Shown here: one piece after another, positions 26,813 to 38,602 of the stretch | Numbering within the stretch: the first letter of the stretch is position 1 | Layout: each line of letters starts with the position of its first letter | Source of the DNA: an uncultured Actinomycetota bacterium | GTDB lineage: Bacteria > Actinomycetota > Actinomycetes > JAFAQI01 | Length of the DNA: 64,000 bases | Assembly: GCA_963770565.1 (NCBI GenBank) | Contig: CAVYQE010000011.1 | Coordinates: 388,072 to 452,071, forward strand | Direction: 5' to 3' | Position numbers and translations under genes: made by a program | The notes under the pieces: generated by a model | Told to the model about the DNA's origin: nothing | The model's database searches: none | The model's input: the letters and a program-made list of their open reading frames with translations, nothing else

Positions 26813-28294
26813 ATGCGCCGACCGAGACTCATTCGTCGCAGCCTTGCTTTGCTCGCGGTCACGACCGCGGCAGGAGCAGGCATCCAGCTGGCCGCCACGC
26901 CGCTGCTCGCACACCCCGCGGCGGCCGTGCATGTAGCGAAACCGGCGCATGCGACGCCCACGAAGTGGGTAGCCATCTCGTCGGGCAACGTGAAGACCAC
27001 CGGCAACCAGCCGTCGATTGCCCGGTTCGGCAAGAACTACGAGGTGGTGTGGACCTCCGGTACCGGGACCACCTGGGCACTCCATGGGCGGATCCTCGAC
27101 GCGGCCGGCAAGCCGCTCGGCTCGCAGCTGAACATCCTGCCGACGAACTGGACCGGTGTCGCGCTCGACCCGACGATCCTGTCTTACGGTGGCAAGCGCA
27201 CGATCGCGTTCGGCGGTGGCAAGACCGGCAAGTCCGGTGCGTACGACACGAACGCCGAGTACATGACCACCAGCTCGGACGGGAAGACCTGGTCGCTGTA
27301 CGCCGGCAGCCTCTCGGCGGACGACGGCGCAGCGAACGGCTCGACCGCCGTCATCGCGGACGGCACCAACCTCGTCGTCGGTCTGGCTCGCACCGACGCC
27401 GTCGCCTATCACATCGGCGCGCCGTCACCCGCGGACCCGCAGTCTGGACCCGACCCGTTGACCAGCGACACCGGCAACTTCTCCTACGACCCAGGTCTGG
27501 GCAAGGACGCCAAGACCGGTCAGGTGTGGGCGCTGTGGTACTCCAACAGCGGGATCAACGGCAAGGACGGCGTCAACGCCCAGGTGATCGCTCCCAGCCT
27601 GGGTGCCCGGGTCCACGCACCCGGTTCATCCGATCCCGTCAACAAGTCGGCCGGTGTCCAGCAGGATCTGCCCGCGGTGCAGCGGGTCGGCGGGGGCGTG
27701 TACACGGCCTACCGGGTGTCCAACACACTCTCTATCGACGTGTGGAAGGTCGGGTCGAGCAAGGTGCTGGCCACGATCCCGGACAAGCTGTGGGGGGTCT
27801 CCTACGTCACGATGGCCGCCGGGCCGGGCGGCCGCCTGTGGCTGTTCTGGACCGACCGCAACGGCTGGCGCGCGACCCGCAGCAACAAGGCGGGCACGAA
27901 GTTCGGGCCCGTCCTCGTCTCGAAGATTCCGGCCAGCTATTACGGCCACGCAGCGATCGCGGCGAACGGAGCGGCCGGCCCGCTGGAGGCGGTCGCGGTG
28001 ATCGCGAACGCCAAGAACGTGGACGAGGTCATTGCCCGCCAGTTCCTGCCGAAGCTCACTGCAACGGCGTCGCCGCACTCGCTCAAGCCTGGCAAGAAGT
28101 TCACCGTGAAGGTCACCGACGCCGGTGATGCGGTGAAGGGCGCGACGGTCCATTTCGACGGTGAGAAGAAGAAGACCTCGACGCACGGCACCGTGACGTT
28201 CACCGTGCCGAAGGGCGCCTCCAAGGGTTCGCTGAAGATCTCCGTCACCCTCGGTCACTACACCGGCACGACGACGTCGATCAAGGTCACCTGA
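26813..28294 (+). CDS. secreted protein with repeated W-containing strands (BNR/beta-propeller-like) and a C-terminal Ig-like domain
   Basis: ATG 26813 after SD GGGGGAGG; signal peptide; recurring VVWTSG / WALWYSN / LWLFWTD repeats. Confidence 0.6.
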   Translation: MRRPRLIRRSLALLAVTTAAGAGIQLAATPLLAHPAAAVHVAKPAHATPTKWVAISSGNVKTTGNQPSIARFGKNYEVVWTSGTGTTWALHGRILDAAGKPLGSQLNILPTNWTGVALDPTILSYGGKRTIAFGGGKTGKSGAYDTNAEYMTTSSDGKTWSLYAGSLSADDGAANGSTAVIADGTNLVVGLARTDAVAYHIGAPSPADPQSGPDPLTSDTGNFSYDPGLGKDAKTGQVWALWYSNSGINGKDGVNAQVIAPSLGARVHAPGSSDPVNKSAGVQQDLPAVQRVGGGVYTAYRVSNTLSIDVWKVGSSKVLATIPDKLWGVSYVTMAAGPGGRLWLFWTDRNGWRATRSNKAGTKFGPVLVSKIPASYYGHAAIAANGAAGPLEAVAVIANAKNVDEVIARQFLPKLTATASPHSLKPGKKFTVKVTDAGDAVKGATVHFDGEKKKTSTHGTVTFTVPKGASKGSLKISVTLGHYTGTTTSIKVT

Positions 28295-28371
28295 TCGGGG
28301 GGACCTCGTCACGGTGTGCTCGGCCTCCGGGTGGGTAGCGTCGAAGAGGGGAGAGAGACGAAGGAGCTGCC

Positions 28372-29415
28372 GTGAAGGCCTGCACGGTGAAGCCCGGCGA
28401 GATCTCGAGCGCACGCGTGGAGGAGATCGCCGCGCCGCCCGAGTCCGACGGGGAGGTCCTGGTCGAGGGGTTGTACGTCGGCATCTGCGGGACCGACGTG
28501 GAGATCTCGGTCGACGGGTACGGCGAGCCGCCGGCCGGTCATGAGCGCCTTGTCCTGTTCCACGAGTCGCTCGGCCGGGTGCTCGAAGCGCCCGCTGGAT
28601 CTGGGCTCGCGGCGGGTGACCTGGTCGCGGGCGTGGTCCGCCGGCCAGACCCCGTGCCGTGCGAGCCGTGCGGGCAGGACCAGTGGGACTTCTGCCGAAA
28701 CGGCCAGTTCACCGAGCGCGGCATCAAGGGCCACGACGGCTACGGCTCCCAGCAGTGGCGGGTGCCGGCGAAGTTCGCGGTCAAGCTCGACCCGTCGTTG
28801 GACCGGCTGGGTGTGCTGCTGGAGCCGACCTCGGTGGTGGCGAAGGCGTGGGACCAGGTCGACAAGATCTCCGCGCGTTCGGCCTGGAATCCGCAACGCG
28901 CGCTGGTCACCGGCGCGGGTCCGATCGGCCTGCTGGCCGCGCTGATCGGCCGCCAGCGCGGGCTCGACGTGACCGTCCTCGACCGGGTCACCGACGGTCC
29001 CAAGCCGGGGATGGTTCGCGACCTCGGGGCGACCTACGTCACCTCGGTCGACGACCTGGCCGCGCCGCCCGACATCATCATCGAGGCGACCGGGATCGGC
29101 CAGGTCGTGTTCGACGTGATCGGGCGGGCCGCGCCGGACGCCATCGTCTGCCTGACCGGGATCTCTTCGGGCACCCGCGAGGTCGGGATCGAGACCGACG
29201 CGGTCAACAAGTCGATGGTGCTGAGCAACGAGGTGGTCTTCGGGTCGGTCAACGCCGGACTGGCCAACTACGGCCAGGCCGCGGACGCCTTGCACAAGGC
29301 CGACAATGACTGGCTTGCTCAGCTGATCACCCGGACCGTACCGATGGGGGAGTGGCCGAAAGCACTCGAGCGGCAGCCCAACGACATCAAGGTGGTCGTC
29401 GACCTTCGGGCCTGA
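28372..29415 (+). CDS. zinc-dependent medium-chain dehydrogenase (glucose 1-dehydrogenase / threonine dehydrogenase-like)
   Basis: GTG after SD GAAGGAG; catalytic Zn motif GICGTDVE, Rossmann VTGAGPIGLLAALI. Confidence 0.75.
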   Translation: MKACTVKPGEISSARVEEIAAPPESDGEVLVEGLYVGICGTDVEISVDGYGEPPAGHERLVLFHESLGRVLEAPAGSGLAAGDLVAGVVRRPDPVPCEPCGQDQWDFCRNGQFTERGIKGHDGYGSQQWRVPAKFAVKLDPSLDRLGVLLEPTSVVAKAWDQVDKISARSAWNPQRALVTGAGPIGLLAALIGRQRGLDVTVLDRVTDGPKPGMVRDLGATYVTSVDDLAAPPDIIIEATGIGQVVFDVIGRAAPDAIVCLTGISSGTREVGIETDAVNKSMVLSNEVVFGSVNAGLANYGQAADALHKADNDWLAQLITRTVPMGEWPKALERQPNDIKVVVDLRA

Positions 29416-29442
29416 CGCACAGGTCACCTAGGCTCGAGCAAC

Positions 29443-30015
29443 GTGAGCCTCGACGTGCTCGACTGGCGGCGCCAGGTGGCCGGGCTCTACCGAGCGGTGC
29501 GCGACGAGCCCGATCCGCTGATCGCATACGCCGGTTGGTGCGCCGGCCGGCAGCGCCTGGTCAGCGAGCACCCGGCGTCACCGAATCGCGGCGCGATCGT
29601 GCGACACGCGCCGTACGACCCCACGCTGCGCTTCGACGTCCCCGTCGATCTCGGGGTCGAGCCGGCCAGGCTGGAGATCCCGACCGGCACCGACGGGATC
29701 GTGCCGTTCGAGCGGATCGGGCGGGTCGAGCTCGACGGCGTCGGCAGCCTCGACGTGTGGTGGCTCGACTCCTATGGCGGCGGGGTCTGGCTCCCCATCC
29801 GCGACCGCGCGCCGGACACCTACGGCGGCGGACGCTACGTCCTCGACACGGTCAAGGGCGCCGACCTCGGCGGCAACGCCGGCCGGTTGGTCGTCGACCT
29901 CAACTTCGCCTACAACCCGTCCTGCGCATACGACGAGCACTGGGCCTGCCCGCTCGCGCCGCCGGGCAACGTCGTCGATCGCGAGGTGGTCGCGGGCGAG
30001 CTCGTCCCGGCCTAG
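29443..30015 (+). CDS. DUF1684 family protein
   Basis: Conserved C-terminal NFAYNPSCAYDEHWACP motif. Confidence 0.6.
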   Translation: MSLDVLDWRRQVAGLYRAVRDEPDPLIAYAGWCAGRQRLVSEHPASPNRGAIVRHAPYDPTLRFDVPVDLGVEPARLEIPTGTDGIVPFERIGRVELDGVGSLDVWWLDSYGGGVWLPIRDRAPDTYGGGRYVLDTVKGADLGGNAGRLVVDLNFAYNPSCAYDEHWACPLAPPGNVVDREVVAGELVPA

Positions 30016-31262
30016 TGCGAGGGCTTGGAGTGCGAGGGACTCGCTGACGGCGACTTGCTGGGCTTGGACGTCGGTTTCGAGGACGGCGATGTCGTCGGGT
30101 GTGGCGACGGGCTGGCCGGCGGGCCCGGGGTGGCAACCGGGGGCGGAGTGGTAGCTGGACCGGCCACGTCGACCAGGGTGCCGTAGTCGATCAGCTTGAA
30201 GACCTGCGCGGCGGTCGAAATCGGCAGCTCGAGGCAACCGACCGATTGAGGGAAGCCGTACGACGCGCGTGGGAAGCCGTGTACCGCGGATCCACCGGAG
30301 AAGTAGTTGACCCACGGCACGCCCGGGTCCTTGTACTTGGTGCCGTCGGGGTTGGTGCCGGACATCGTGGTCGAGGTGAAGCGCTCGTACACCGGGTAGG
30401 TGCCGAGCGGAGTCGGTGCGGCCGCGACCCCACCGTTGACCGGGCTGGTGAGAACGGTCTTGCCGGCGACCCAGACCGTGAGCTGCTGCGGCAGGTAAAG
30501 ATTGGCCGAGACGAAGCTGTAGCGATCAGGGTCGTACGCCCGGGCCAGGTCGGCCTTGATCAGGGCGTGCCAGGTGTGCGGCCCGATCGTCCCGTCGAGC
30601 GGCAGGTTGGCCTGGTGCTGGAAGGCGATCACCGCGCCGCGCACCACGATGCCGTACTTCCCCGGCGACCAGCCCTGCTTGAGCGTGCTCGGGGTGTCCG
30701 GGTAGCGCCACGAAAACGAGCCGGCCGGTGGGGTGTAGACGTCGTCGGCTTCCTGCTCGGCGGTCGATGCGGCTGGTGCGGTCGTTGTCAACGGCAGGTA
30801 GCGCAGGTGGGCGAGGATCTGCTCGGCCCGCAGCAGCGAGCCGGTCGGGGTCGCCGGGGTCGCGATCGTCTTGACCGAGCCGCCCGGCTTCTTGGCGTAG
30901 GTGATGGTGACGTTGGTGTCGGGCGGGTAGGCACGGGTGGGGGTGAAGATCGCGGTCGAGCCCTGCCGGGCCCACTGCCCCGGTACGTAGGGCGACAGGG
31001 CCGGAAGCGGCGATTGCGGCGAAAGCACGCCGGCGAACTTGACCGTGATCTGGCCGGTCGCGGACAGCCGCCGATGCGGCTTGACCCACACGACGTCGAG
31101 TGGCTTGGTGTTGGCGGCGGCGCTCGACGACGGATCAGTCGAGCCGCTGTCGCCGTTGGAGCCGGAATGTCCGCCACATCCGGCAAGGGCGACGACGGCG
31201 ATCAGCGCCGCGGTGGCCGCCCAGGCCGACCTGCCGTGGCGCACGATGTGGTCTCCAGCCAT
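30012..31262 (-). CDS. L,D-transpeptidase lipoprotein (YkuD domain) with Pro/Ser/Thr-rich tail
   Basis: Lipobox LAGCGG; catalytic HGFPRASYGFPQSVGCLELP; C-terminal low-complexity PTTSPSSKPTSKPSKSPS. Confidence 0.8.
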   Translation of the reverse strand: MAGDHIVRHGRSAWAATAALIAVVALAGCGGHSGSNGDSGSTDPSSSAAANTKPLDVVWVKPHRRLSATGQITVKFAGVLSPQSPLPALSPYVPGQWARQGSTAIFTPTRAYPPDTNVTITYAKKPGGSVKTIATPATPTGSLLRAEQILAHLRYLPLTTTAPAASTAEQEADDVYTPPAGSFSWRYPDTPSTLKQGWSPGKYGIVVRGAVIAFQHQANLPLDGTIGPHTWHALIKADLARAYDPDRYSFVSANLYLPQQLTVWVAGKTVLTSPVNGGVAAAPTPLGTYPVYERFTSTTMSGTNPDGTKYKDPGVPWVNYFSGGSAVHGFPRASYGFPQSVGCLELPISTAAQVFKLIDYGTLVDVAGPATTPPPVATPGPPASPSPHPTTSPSSKPTSKPSKSPSASPSHSKPSH

Positions 31263-31424
31263 TCATCCCCCGCGAATTCACTCTATGTGAGCCTGCCCAC
31301 TTGTTCGGACGGCCAACACTCCTCGATGGTTCAGTCGTTATAGAGACGTTGCTTGGGTCGGTTTGGTTGACGCCCACCTGATATTCGCGGGCCGGTCGGG
31401 ATCGGTTGCGATAAGATCGAACTC

Positions 31425-31518
31425 GTGGGAACCACCATCTGCTTGCTCCTTCCCGGGCCGCGCTGACCACGCACGACGTCAGCGCGGCGGCCCTCCTTCG
31501 TCGAGGGCCTTTTCTCTG
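31425..31518 (+). promoter_or_regulatory. attenuator-like leuS leader: 13-codon ORF with Leu-Leu-Leu, then two mutually exclusive hairpins, the second followed by TTTTCTCT
   Basis: Mini-ORF GTG31425..TGA31466 (VGTTICLLLPGPR); hairpin A 31456-31494 and hairpin B GGCCCTC-N7-GAGGGCC 31490-31510 share bases 31490-31494; U-rich tract 31511-31518. Confidence 0.35.
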
Positions 31519-31575
31519 CCTAGGTGTCGTCTGGCACCGTGTTCCATCCGAGCACCGGCTTGAGAGCGAGAGACT

Positions 31576-34059
<2,484 letters not shown>

Positions 34060-34153
34060 CGGTCTGGATCCACCGGATCTGCTTCGTGCGCTGGTGTCCA
34101 CAGGCGGGGCGGGCTTGCCCGGATCGGCCGGTCACCTTCCTAGCGTCACGAGC

Positions 34154-35050
34154 ATGGTGCGCCCTGGCCGTTCGACCGAGCTCGACGAGTCGGCATCGGC
34201 GTCGGCGCGCGAGCGGCTGTCCGCGCTCGGGTTGCGGTCACCGCTTGGGGGATGGGTGCCGGAGCCGCCCCAGGCCGACCCGCCGGTCATCGTGGCCGAC
34301 GGTGGACCCACACCTGCAGGAAGCGGGCCGGTCGGAGCGCGACCTGCCCTGCCTCGAGCATCGACACCCGAGATCGGCGAACTGATCCGCGGCTGGGCGC
34401 TGGACCGGTCGCCGCCGTGGCTGCACGGCGTGATCGAACGGCTAGGGCTGCGTGCGGTCTTGGTCGGAGTCATGGTCGCGGTGGCCTGCGTGATTGCCGG
34501 TGTGATGGTGGTCCAGCAGCGATCGCCGGGCACCTACCCAGCGTCCGCCCCGTTGCCGGACGCCGGCGCTTCGGCTCCGAGCTTCGATAGCTCACCGGCG
34601 CCGGTGACCGGCGGCGACGCGACCTCGATCGTCGTCGACGTTGGCGGCCGGGTGCGCAAGCCCGGCCTCGTCACCCTGCCGGCCGGCGCGCGGGTCGCCG
34701 ACGCGATCGCAGCTGCGGGCGGGCCGCTGCACCACCGGGAGATCGCCACGCTTGACCTTGCCGCGCGAGTCAGTGACGGGCAGCTGCTGCTGATCGGTGT
34801 GAAGGCGGCCCCGCCCGGCGGGTCGGACGCGGGCGGTGACGCTTCCGGCACATCGCCGGCGCCGGTCGGGCTGAACTCGGCCACGATGGAGGAGCTCGAG
34901 ACGCTGCCCGGCGTAGGTCCGGTGACCGCGCAGAAGATCATCGACTGGCGCACCGCCCACAACGGGTTTACGAGCGTGATCCAGCTCCAGCAAGTGTCGG
35001 GGATCGGCCCGGCCCGCTACGCCGAGCTCGCCCCACTTGTCACCCCGTGA
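34154..35050 (+). CDS. comEA: competence protein ComEA (SLBB + tandem helix-hairpin-helix)
   Basis: C-terminal NSATMEELETLPGVGPVTAQKIIDWR...QVSGIGPARYAEL HhH motifs; start 34154 (or 34094). Confidence 0.8.
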   Translation: MVRPGRSTELDESASASARERLSALGLRSPLGGWVPEPPQADPPVIVADGGPTPAGSGPVGARPALPRASTPEIGELIRGWALDRSPPWLHGVIERLGLRAVLVGVMVAVACVIAGVMVVQQRSPGTYPASAPLPDAGASAPSFDSSPAPVTGGDATSIVVDVGGRVRKPGLVTLPAGARVADAIAAAGGPLHHREIATLDLAARVSDGQLLLIGVKAAPPGGSDAGGDASGTSPAPVGLNSATMEELETLPGVGPVTAQKIIDWRTAHNGFTSVIQLQQVSGIGPARYAELAPLVTP

Positions 35051-35078
35051 CCGGTCGGCCGACCCGCCGGAGTGCGTT

Positions 35079-35139
35079 GTTGATCATGGCGAAACGCGCG
35101 ATTTTTCTCACGGAAACGGCTCGCTTCGCCATGATCAAC
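35079..35139. repeat. 61-bp palindromic element, copy 1 (arms GTTGATCATGGCGAA / TTCGCCATGATCAAC, 31-nt loop) embedding mini-ORF 35086..35220 (MAKRAIFLTETARFAMINCG..., 44 aa)
   Basis: Perfect 15-bp inverted arms; identical arms and identical loop length recur at 50768-50828; GGAG 13 nt upstream of the ATG. Confidence 0.5.
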
Positions 35140-35262
35140 TGTGGTTGCCCGACTCACCGTGCGGGCCTGCTGCTCGGTCCACAGGTCCGAGGCGGGGCCG
35201 GTTCGTCCACCGCGTCTTGAGATCCGCGGCGTCGGGCGCGACCGACTCTTAGCGTCGCGGGC

Positions 35263-36771
35263 ATGGGGGACAACAGCCGCGAGGCGGCGCTGAGCGACCG
35301 CCGGCTCGTCGCGGTCGCGATCGGGGTCTGGGCGTCGACGGCCGGGTGCACGTTGCTCGCCGCTCGGACCTCTTTCGCGCTTGCCGGCCTGGGGTCGGTG
35401 GTGGCGCTGCTGGCCCGCCCGCGGAGCACCGGCTCGGCGGTGGTGATCGCCGCGGTGGCCCTCGGGGTGGTGCTGGGCTCAGTGGTGGCCGCCTGGCACG
35501 TGCGCGCGCTGCACGGCGGTGTCGTGCCGAAGCTCGCCGCGCGACATAGCGAGGCCGACCTCGTGGTCCGGCTGGTGCGCGATCCGGTCGCCGTCGTGTC
35601 CAGCGCGGGCGGCGGGCTGACCCTCACCGACGCGACCGTCACCTCGGTGCTCACCACCGGCTGGCGGCAGGCCGACTCGCCGATCCTGGTCCTGTCGTAC
35701 GGCCGAGGCTGGGTCGGGCTGCTGCCGGGGCAACGGGTGGAGGTCTCGGGCCGGCTTGCACCCCCGCGCCGCGGAGATGACGTCGCCGCGGTCCTCGATG
35801 CGCGCGGCCCACCGTCCCTGATCGGCCGGCCACCGTGGTGGCAGCGGCTGGCCGGTCGAGCGAGGGCCGCGCTTCGAGCTGCCTGCCAGGGTCTGCCGGG
35901 GGATGTGCGCGGCCTGCTGCCCGGTCTCGTCGACGGTGACGTGTCTGCCGTGCCTGCCTCGGTGCAAGCAGATATGCGGCTCACCGGCCTCACGCACTTG
36001 GAGGCGGTCTCGGGGGAGAACGTGAGCGTCGTCCTGGCGGTCACGGTCGCCCTTGCCCAACTGCTCGGGTTGCGCCGGCGCTGGCGAATCGGGGTGGCGG
36101 CGATGGCGCTCCTCGGCTTCGTCGTGCTGGCTCGGCCGTCTCCGAGCGTGCTGCGCGCGGCGGTCATGGGTGGCATCGTGCTTGCCGGCCTCGCGCTTGG
36201 CCGCCGGGTCAGGCCACTTCGGGCGCTCGCGCTTGCCGTCACGTTGCTGCTCGGCTTGAACCCGTTCCTCGGCCGGTCGGTCGGGTTCGTGCTTTCGGTG
36301 TGTGCAACGGGCGCTCTGGTGACGGTCGCGCCGATCTGGACGGAGCGGCTGGCTCGGCACTTGCCCCGGCCGGTTGCGGTCGCGATCGCGGTGCCGGCGG
36401 CGGCACAGGTCGCCTGTACGCCGGTGCTCGTGCTGGCGTTCGGCATGCTCACGCCGTATGCGATCCCGGCCAACTTGCTGGCGGCACCGGCGGTCGCACC
36501 GGCCACCGTGCTCGGGGTCCTGTGCGCGGCGTTCGCCACGGTCTGCCGGCCACTCGCGGCACCGATCGCGTGGCTGGCCGCCATACCGACCGAGGCGATT
36601 GCCGTTGTTGCGCGAGGTCTGGCCGGTCTGCCCGGCGCGGGACTGAGGTGCCCGGGCGGCCCGGCCGCAGCTGTGCTCGCAACGGTGGCCGTCGGGGTCG
36701 TCCTCGGGGTTCGCCGGCGCCGGGCGATCGAGTCCGGCCGGCGTGACATCCTTGGCGGATGGCCGCCCTGA
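35263..36771 (+). CDS. comEC: ComEC/Rec2 competence channel protein, short form without C-terminal metallo-beta-lactamase domain
   Basis: Polytopic membrane protein with DUF4131/competence-domain signatures; ends where holA begins. Confidence 0.8.
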   Translation: MGDNSREAALSDRRLVAVAIGVWASTAGCTLLAARTSFALAGLGSVVALLARPRSTGSAVVIAAVALGVVLGSVVAAWHVRALHGGVVPKLAARHSEADLVVRLVRDPVAVVSSAGGGLTLTDATVTSVLTTGWRQADSPILVLSYGRGWVGLLPGQRVEVSGRLAPPRRGDDVAAVLDARGPPSLIGRPPWWQRLAGRARAALRAACQGLPGDVRGLLPGLVDGDVSAVPASVQADMRLTGLTHLEAVSGENVSVVLAVTVALAQLLGLRRRWRIGVAAMALLGFVVLARPSPSVLRAAVMGGIVLAGLALGRRVRPLRALALAVTLLLGLNPFLGRSVGFVLSVCATGALVTVAPIWTERLARHLPRPVAVAIAVPAAAQVACTPVLVLAFGMLTPYAIPANLLAAPAVAPATVLGVLCAAFATVCRPLAAPIAWLAAIPTEAIAVVARGLAGLPGAGLRCPGGPAAAVLATVAVGVVLGVRRRRAIESGRRDILGGWPP

Positions 36772-37721
36772 CCGTCGTCGTCGGCGATGAGGACCTGCTG
36801 GTCGCCCGGGCGGTGAGCCGCACGATTGCGGCCGCAGCTGCGGCGTCCGCCGATGCTGAGGCCGTCCCTACCGTCACCCTCGATGCCGCCCAGGTGTCGG
36901 TGGACGCACTCGCCGAGGCGCTGGCCCCGTCGTTGTTCGCCGAGGACCGGTCGATCGTCGTCCGCAACCTTCAGGATGCCGACAAGGATCTGGTGGCCGC
37001 TCTCGTCGGCTTCGCCGAAGCGCCCGAGCCGGGGGTCACGATCGTCGCCGTGCACGCCGGCGGCGCGAAGGGCAAAGCGGCGCTGGAGGCGATTCGGGAA
37101 GGCGCCGCCGAGGTGGTTACGGTCGCCCCGATCAAGACGCTGCGGGACCGTGAGCAGTTCGCGGTCGACGAGGTGAGGGCCGCCGGTGGGAGCCTCGATC
37201 GCGATGCGGCGGCTGAGCTGGTCGGCGCGATCGGCACCGACCTGCGCGAGATCGCGACCGCGTCCGCCCAGCTGGTCGCGGACGTCGGCGGCCAGATCAC
37301 CACCGCCGATGTCGCGACGTACTACCGCGGCCGCGCCGAGTCGACCGGGTTCGCGGTTGCCGATCGGGCGGTCGAAGGCGACCTCGCAGCCGCCCTCGAG
37401 ACGCTGCGCTGGGCGTTCGCGACCGGGCTCGACCCCATCTTGGTGAGCAGCTCGCTGGCGGCGAACCTGAGGTTGATCGCCCAGGTCGGCGCGGCCGGCC
37501 CCGGTTCGCCCGACGCGATCGCGGCGAAGCTGCGGATGCCGGCCTGGAAGGTGCGCCGGGCCCAGGGCTGGCTTCGCCACTGGCGACCCGAAGCGGTCGG
37601 TGAGGCGGTGTTGGCGGTCGCCGCCGCCGACGCGGATCTCAAAGGCGCCGCCGACGACGCGGCGTACGCCGTGGAGCGCGCTGTGCTCAAGGTCGCCGCT
37701 GCCGCCAGTCCGGGCGGCTAG
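36759..37721 (+). CDS. holA: DNA polymerase III delta subunit
   Basis: Conserved comEA-comEC-holA synteny; delta-subunit N-terminal fold sequence. Confidence 0.85.
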   Translation: MAALTVVVGDEDLLVARAVSRTIAAAAAASADAEAVPTVTLDAAQVSVDALAEALAPSLFAEDRSIVVRNLQDADKDLVAALVGFAEAPEPGVTIVAVHAGGAKGKAALEAIREGAAEVVTVAPIKTLRDREQFAVDEVRAAGGSLDRDAAAELVGAIGTDLREIATASAQLVADVGGQITTADVATYYRGRAESTGFAVADRAVEGDLAAALETLRWAFATGLDPILVSSSLAANLRLIAQVGAAGPGSPDAIAAKLRMPAWKVRRAQGWLRHWRPEAVGEAVLAVAAADADLKGAADDAAYAVERAVLKVAAAASPGG

Positions 37722-37759
37722 CTCCACGCGACGCGCGCCGGCCCGCACCACCCGCAGTC

Positions 37760-37775
37760 ATACCCCGATGGGTAT
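37760..37775. promoter_or_regulatory. CsoR-type operator ATACCC-CGAT-GGGTAT upstream of the CsoR/CstR-family gene
   Basis: 16-bp dyad 34 bp upstream of ATG 37809; same half-sites as the 18-bp palindrome at 38521. Confidence 0.45.
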
Positions 37776-37808
37776 CCTCGGTTGAGCGGCAACCCAAGGA
37801 GGAGTGCG

Positions 37809-38075
37809 ATGGTCCGGCTTTCGGCCGAGGAGATGGCGCCGGTGATCAACCGGTTGCGTCGGGCGCAGGGTCAGATCGGGGGCGTGGTCCGGATGCTGGA
37901 GGAAGGTCGCGACTGTGAGGACGTTGTCACCCAGCTTGCCGCGGTGAGCCGGGCCCTCGACAAGGCCGGGTTCACCATCGTTGCCTCTGGCCTCAAGCAA
38001 TGCCTCGGCGAGCCAGAGGGCGCGCAGGCGCTCGACACCAAGAAGATGGAGAAGCTCTTCCTGTCGCTCGCCTAG
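37809..38075 (+). CDS. CsoR/RcnR-family metal/persulfide-sensing repressor; two Cys and no His at the CsoR His position (CstR-like)
   Basis: ATG after SD AGGAGGAG; DUF156 fold; Cys in RDCED and KQCL; residue at Cys-4 is Gly, not His. Confidence 0.8.
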   Translation: MVRLSAEEMAPVINRLRRAQGQIGGVVRMLEEGRDCEDVVTQLAAVSRALDKAGFTIVASGLKQCLGEPEGAQALDTKKMEKLFLSLA

Positions 38076-38083
38076 GGCCGAGG

Positions 38084-38509
38084 TTATGAAGCCCGGGCCG
38101 TCGCTATCGCCGGCTCGACCAGATCGATCGACACCTCCGGCGTGCTCATCAGGGTGTTGTGGACGGTGCAGTGGGAGGCCACCGCAAGCAGTGCGTCGCG
38201 ACGCGCCTCGGGAACACCCTCGGGCAGCGTGATGGCGAGGGTGATCCGCTCGACCCTGGCCGGACGGGCGCCCATCGCGAAGTCGGCGGATACGGTCAGC
38301 CCGTGTGACGGCAGCGAGTGCCGCACGAGATAGCGGTGCGCATAGAACGCGACGCAGCTGGCGAGGCTCGCGACGAACAACTCGGTCGGTGTCGGAGCGG
38401 TGTCGTCGCCGCCGTCCGCAGTTGGTTGGTCGACCGTCACGACGTGGTCGCGGACGGCGATAGCGAACTGGTCGCCGTCGCGGTGGGTGACCGTCAGAGT
38501 GCTCATCAT
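38084..38509 (-). CDS. OsmC/Ohr family peroxiredoxin-like protein
   Basis: OsmC fold with paired Cys (LASCVAF ... VASHCTV). Confidence 0.8.
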   Translation of the reverse strand: MMSTLTVTHRDGDQFAIAVRDHVVTVDQPTADGGDDTAPTPTELFVASLASCVAFYAHRYLVRHSLPSHGLTVSADFAMGARPARVERITLAITLPEGVPEARRDALLAVASHCTVHNTLMSTPEVSIDLVEPAIATARAS

Positions 38510-38520
38510 GACTCCTACTC

Positions 38521-38538
38521 TATACCCCTAGGGGTATA
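38521..38538. promoter_or_regulatory. perfect 18-bp palindrome TATACCCCTAGGGGTATA (CsoR-family operator type) 12 bp upstream of the osmC-like start
   Basis: Perfect dyad overlapping the RBS region of the OsmC gene; matches the GC-rich core flanked by ATA/TAT typical of CsoR operators. Confidence 0.5.
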
Positions 38539-38602
38539 TGCAGCACGCATACGCTTGACTTTCTGCTCCCGACGCCCGTCCGCTCGCCACCGGACCGTCT
38601 GC

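Noticed and set aside
31300-31575. T-box riboswitch upstream of leuS
   Set aside because: No match to the T-box consensus (AATTAGGGTGGNACCGCG) or a specifier-loop architecture; the alternative-hairpin leader fits a peptide-mediated attenuator better.
35154-37751. 865-aa minus-strand ORF
   Set aside because: Antisense to comEC and holA; low-complexity translation.
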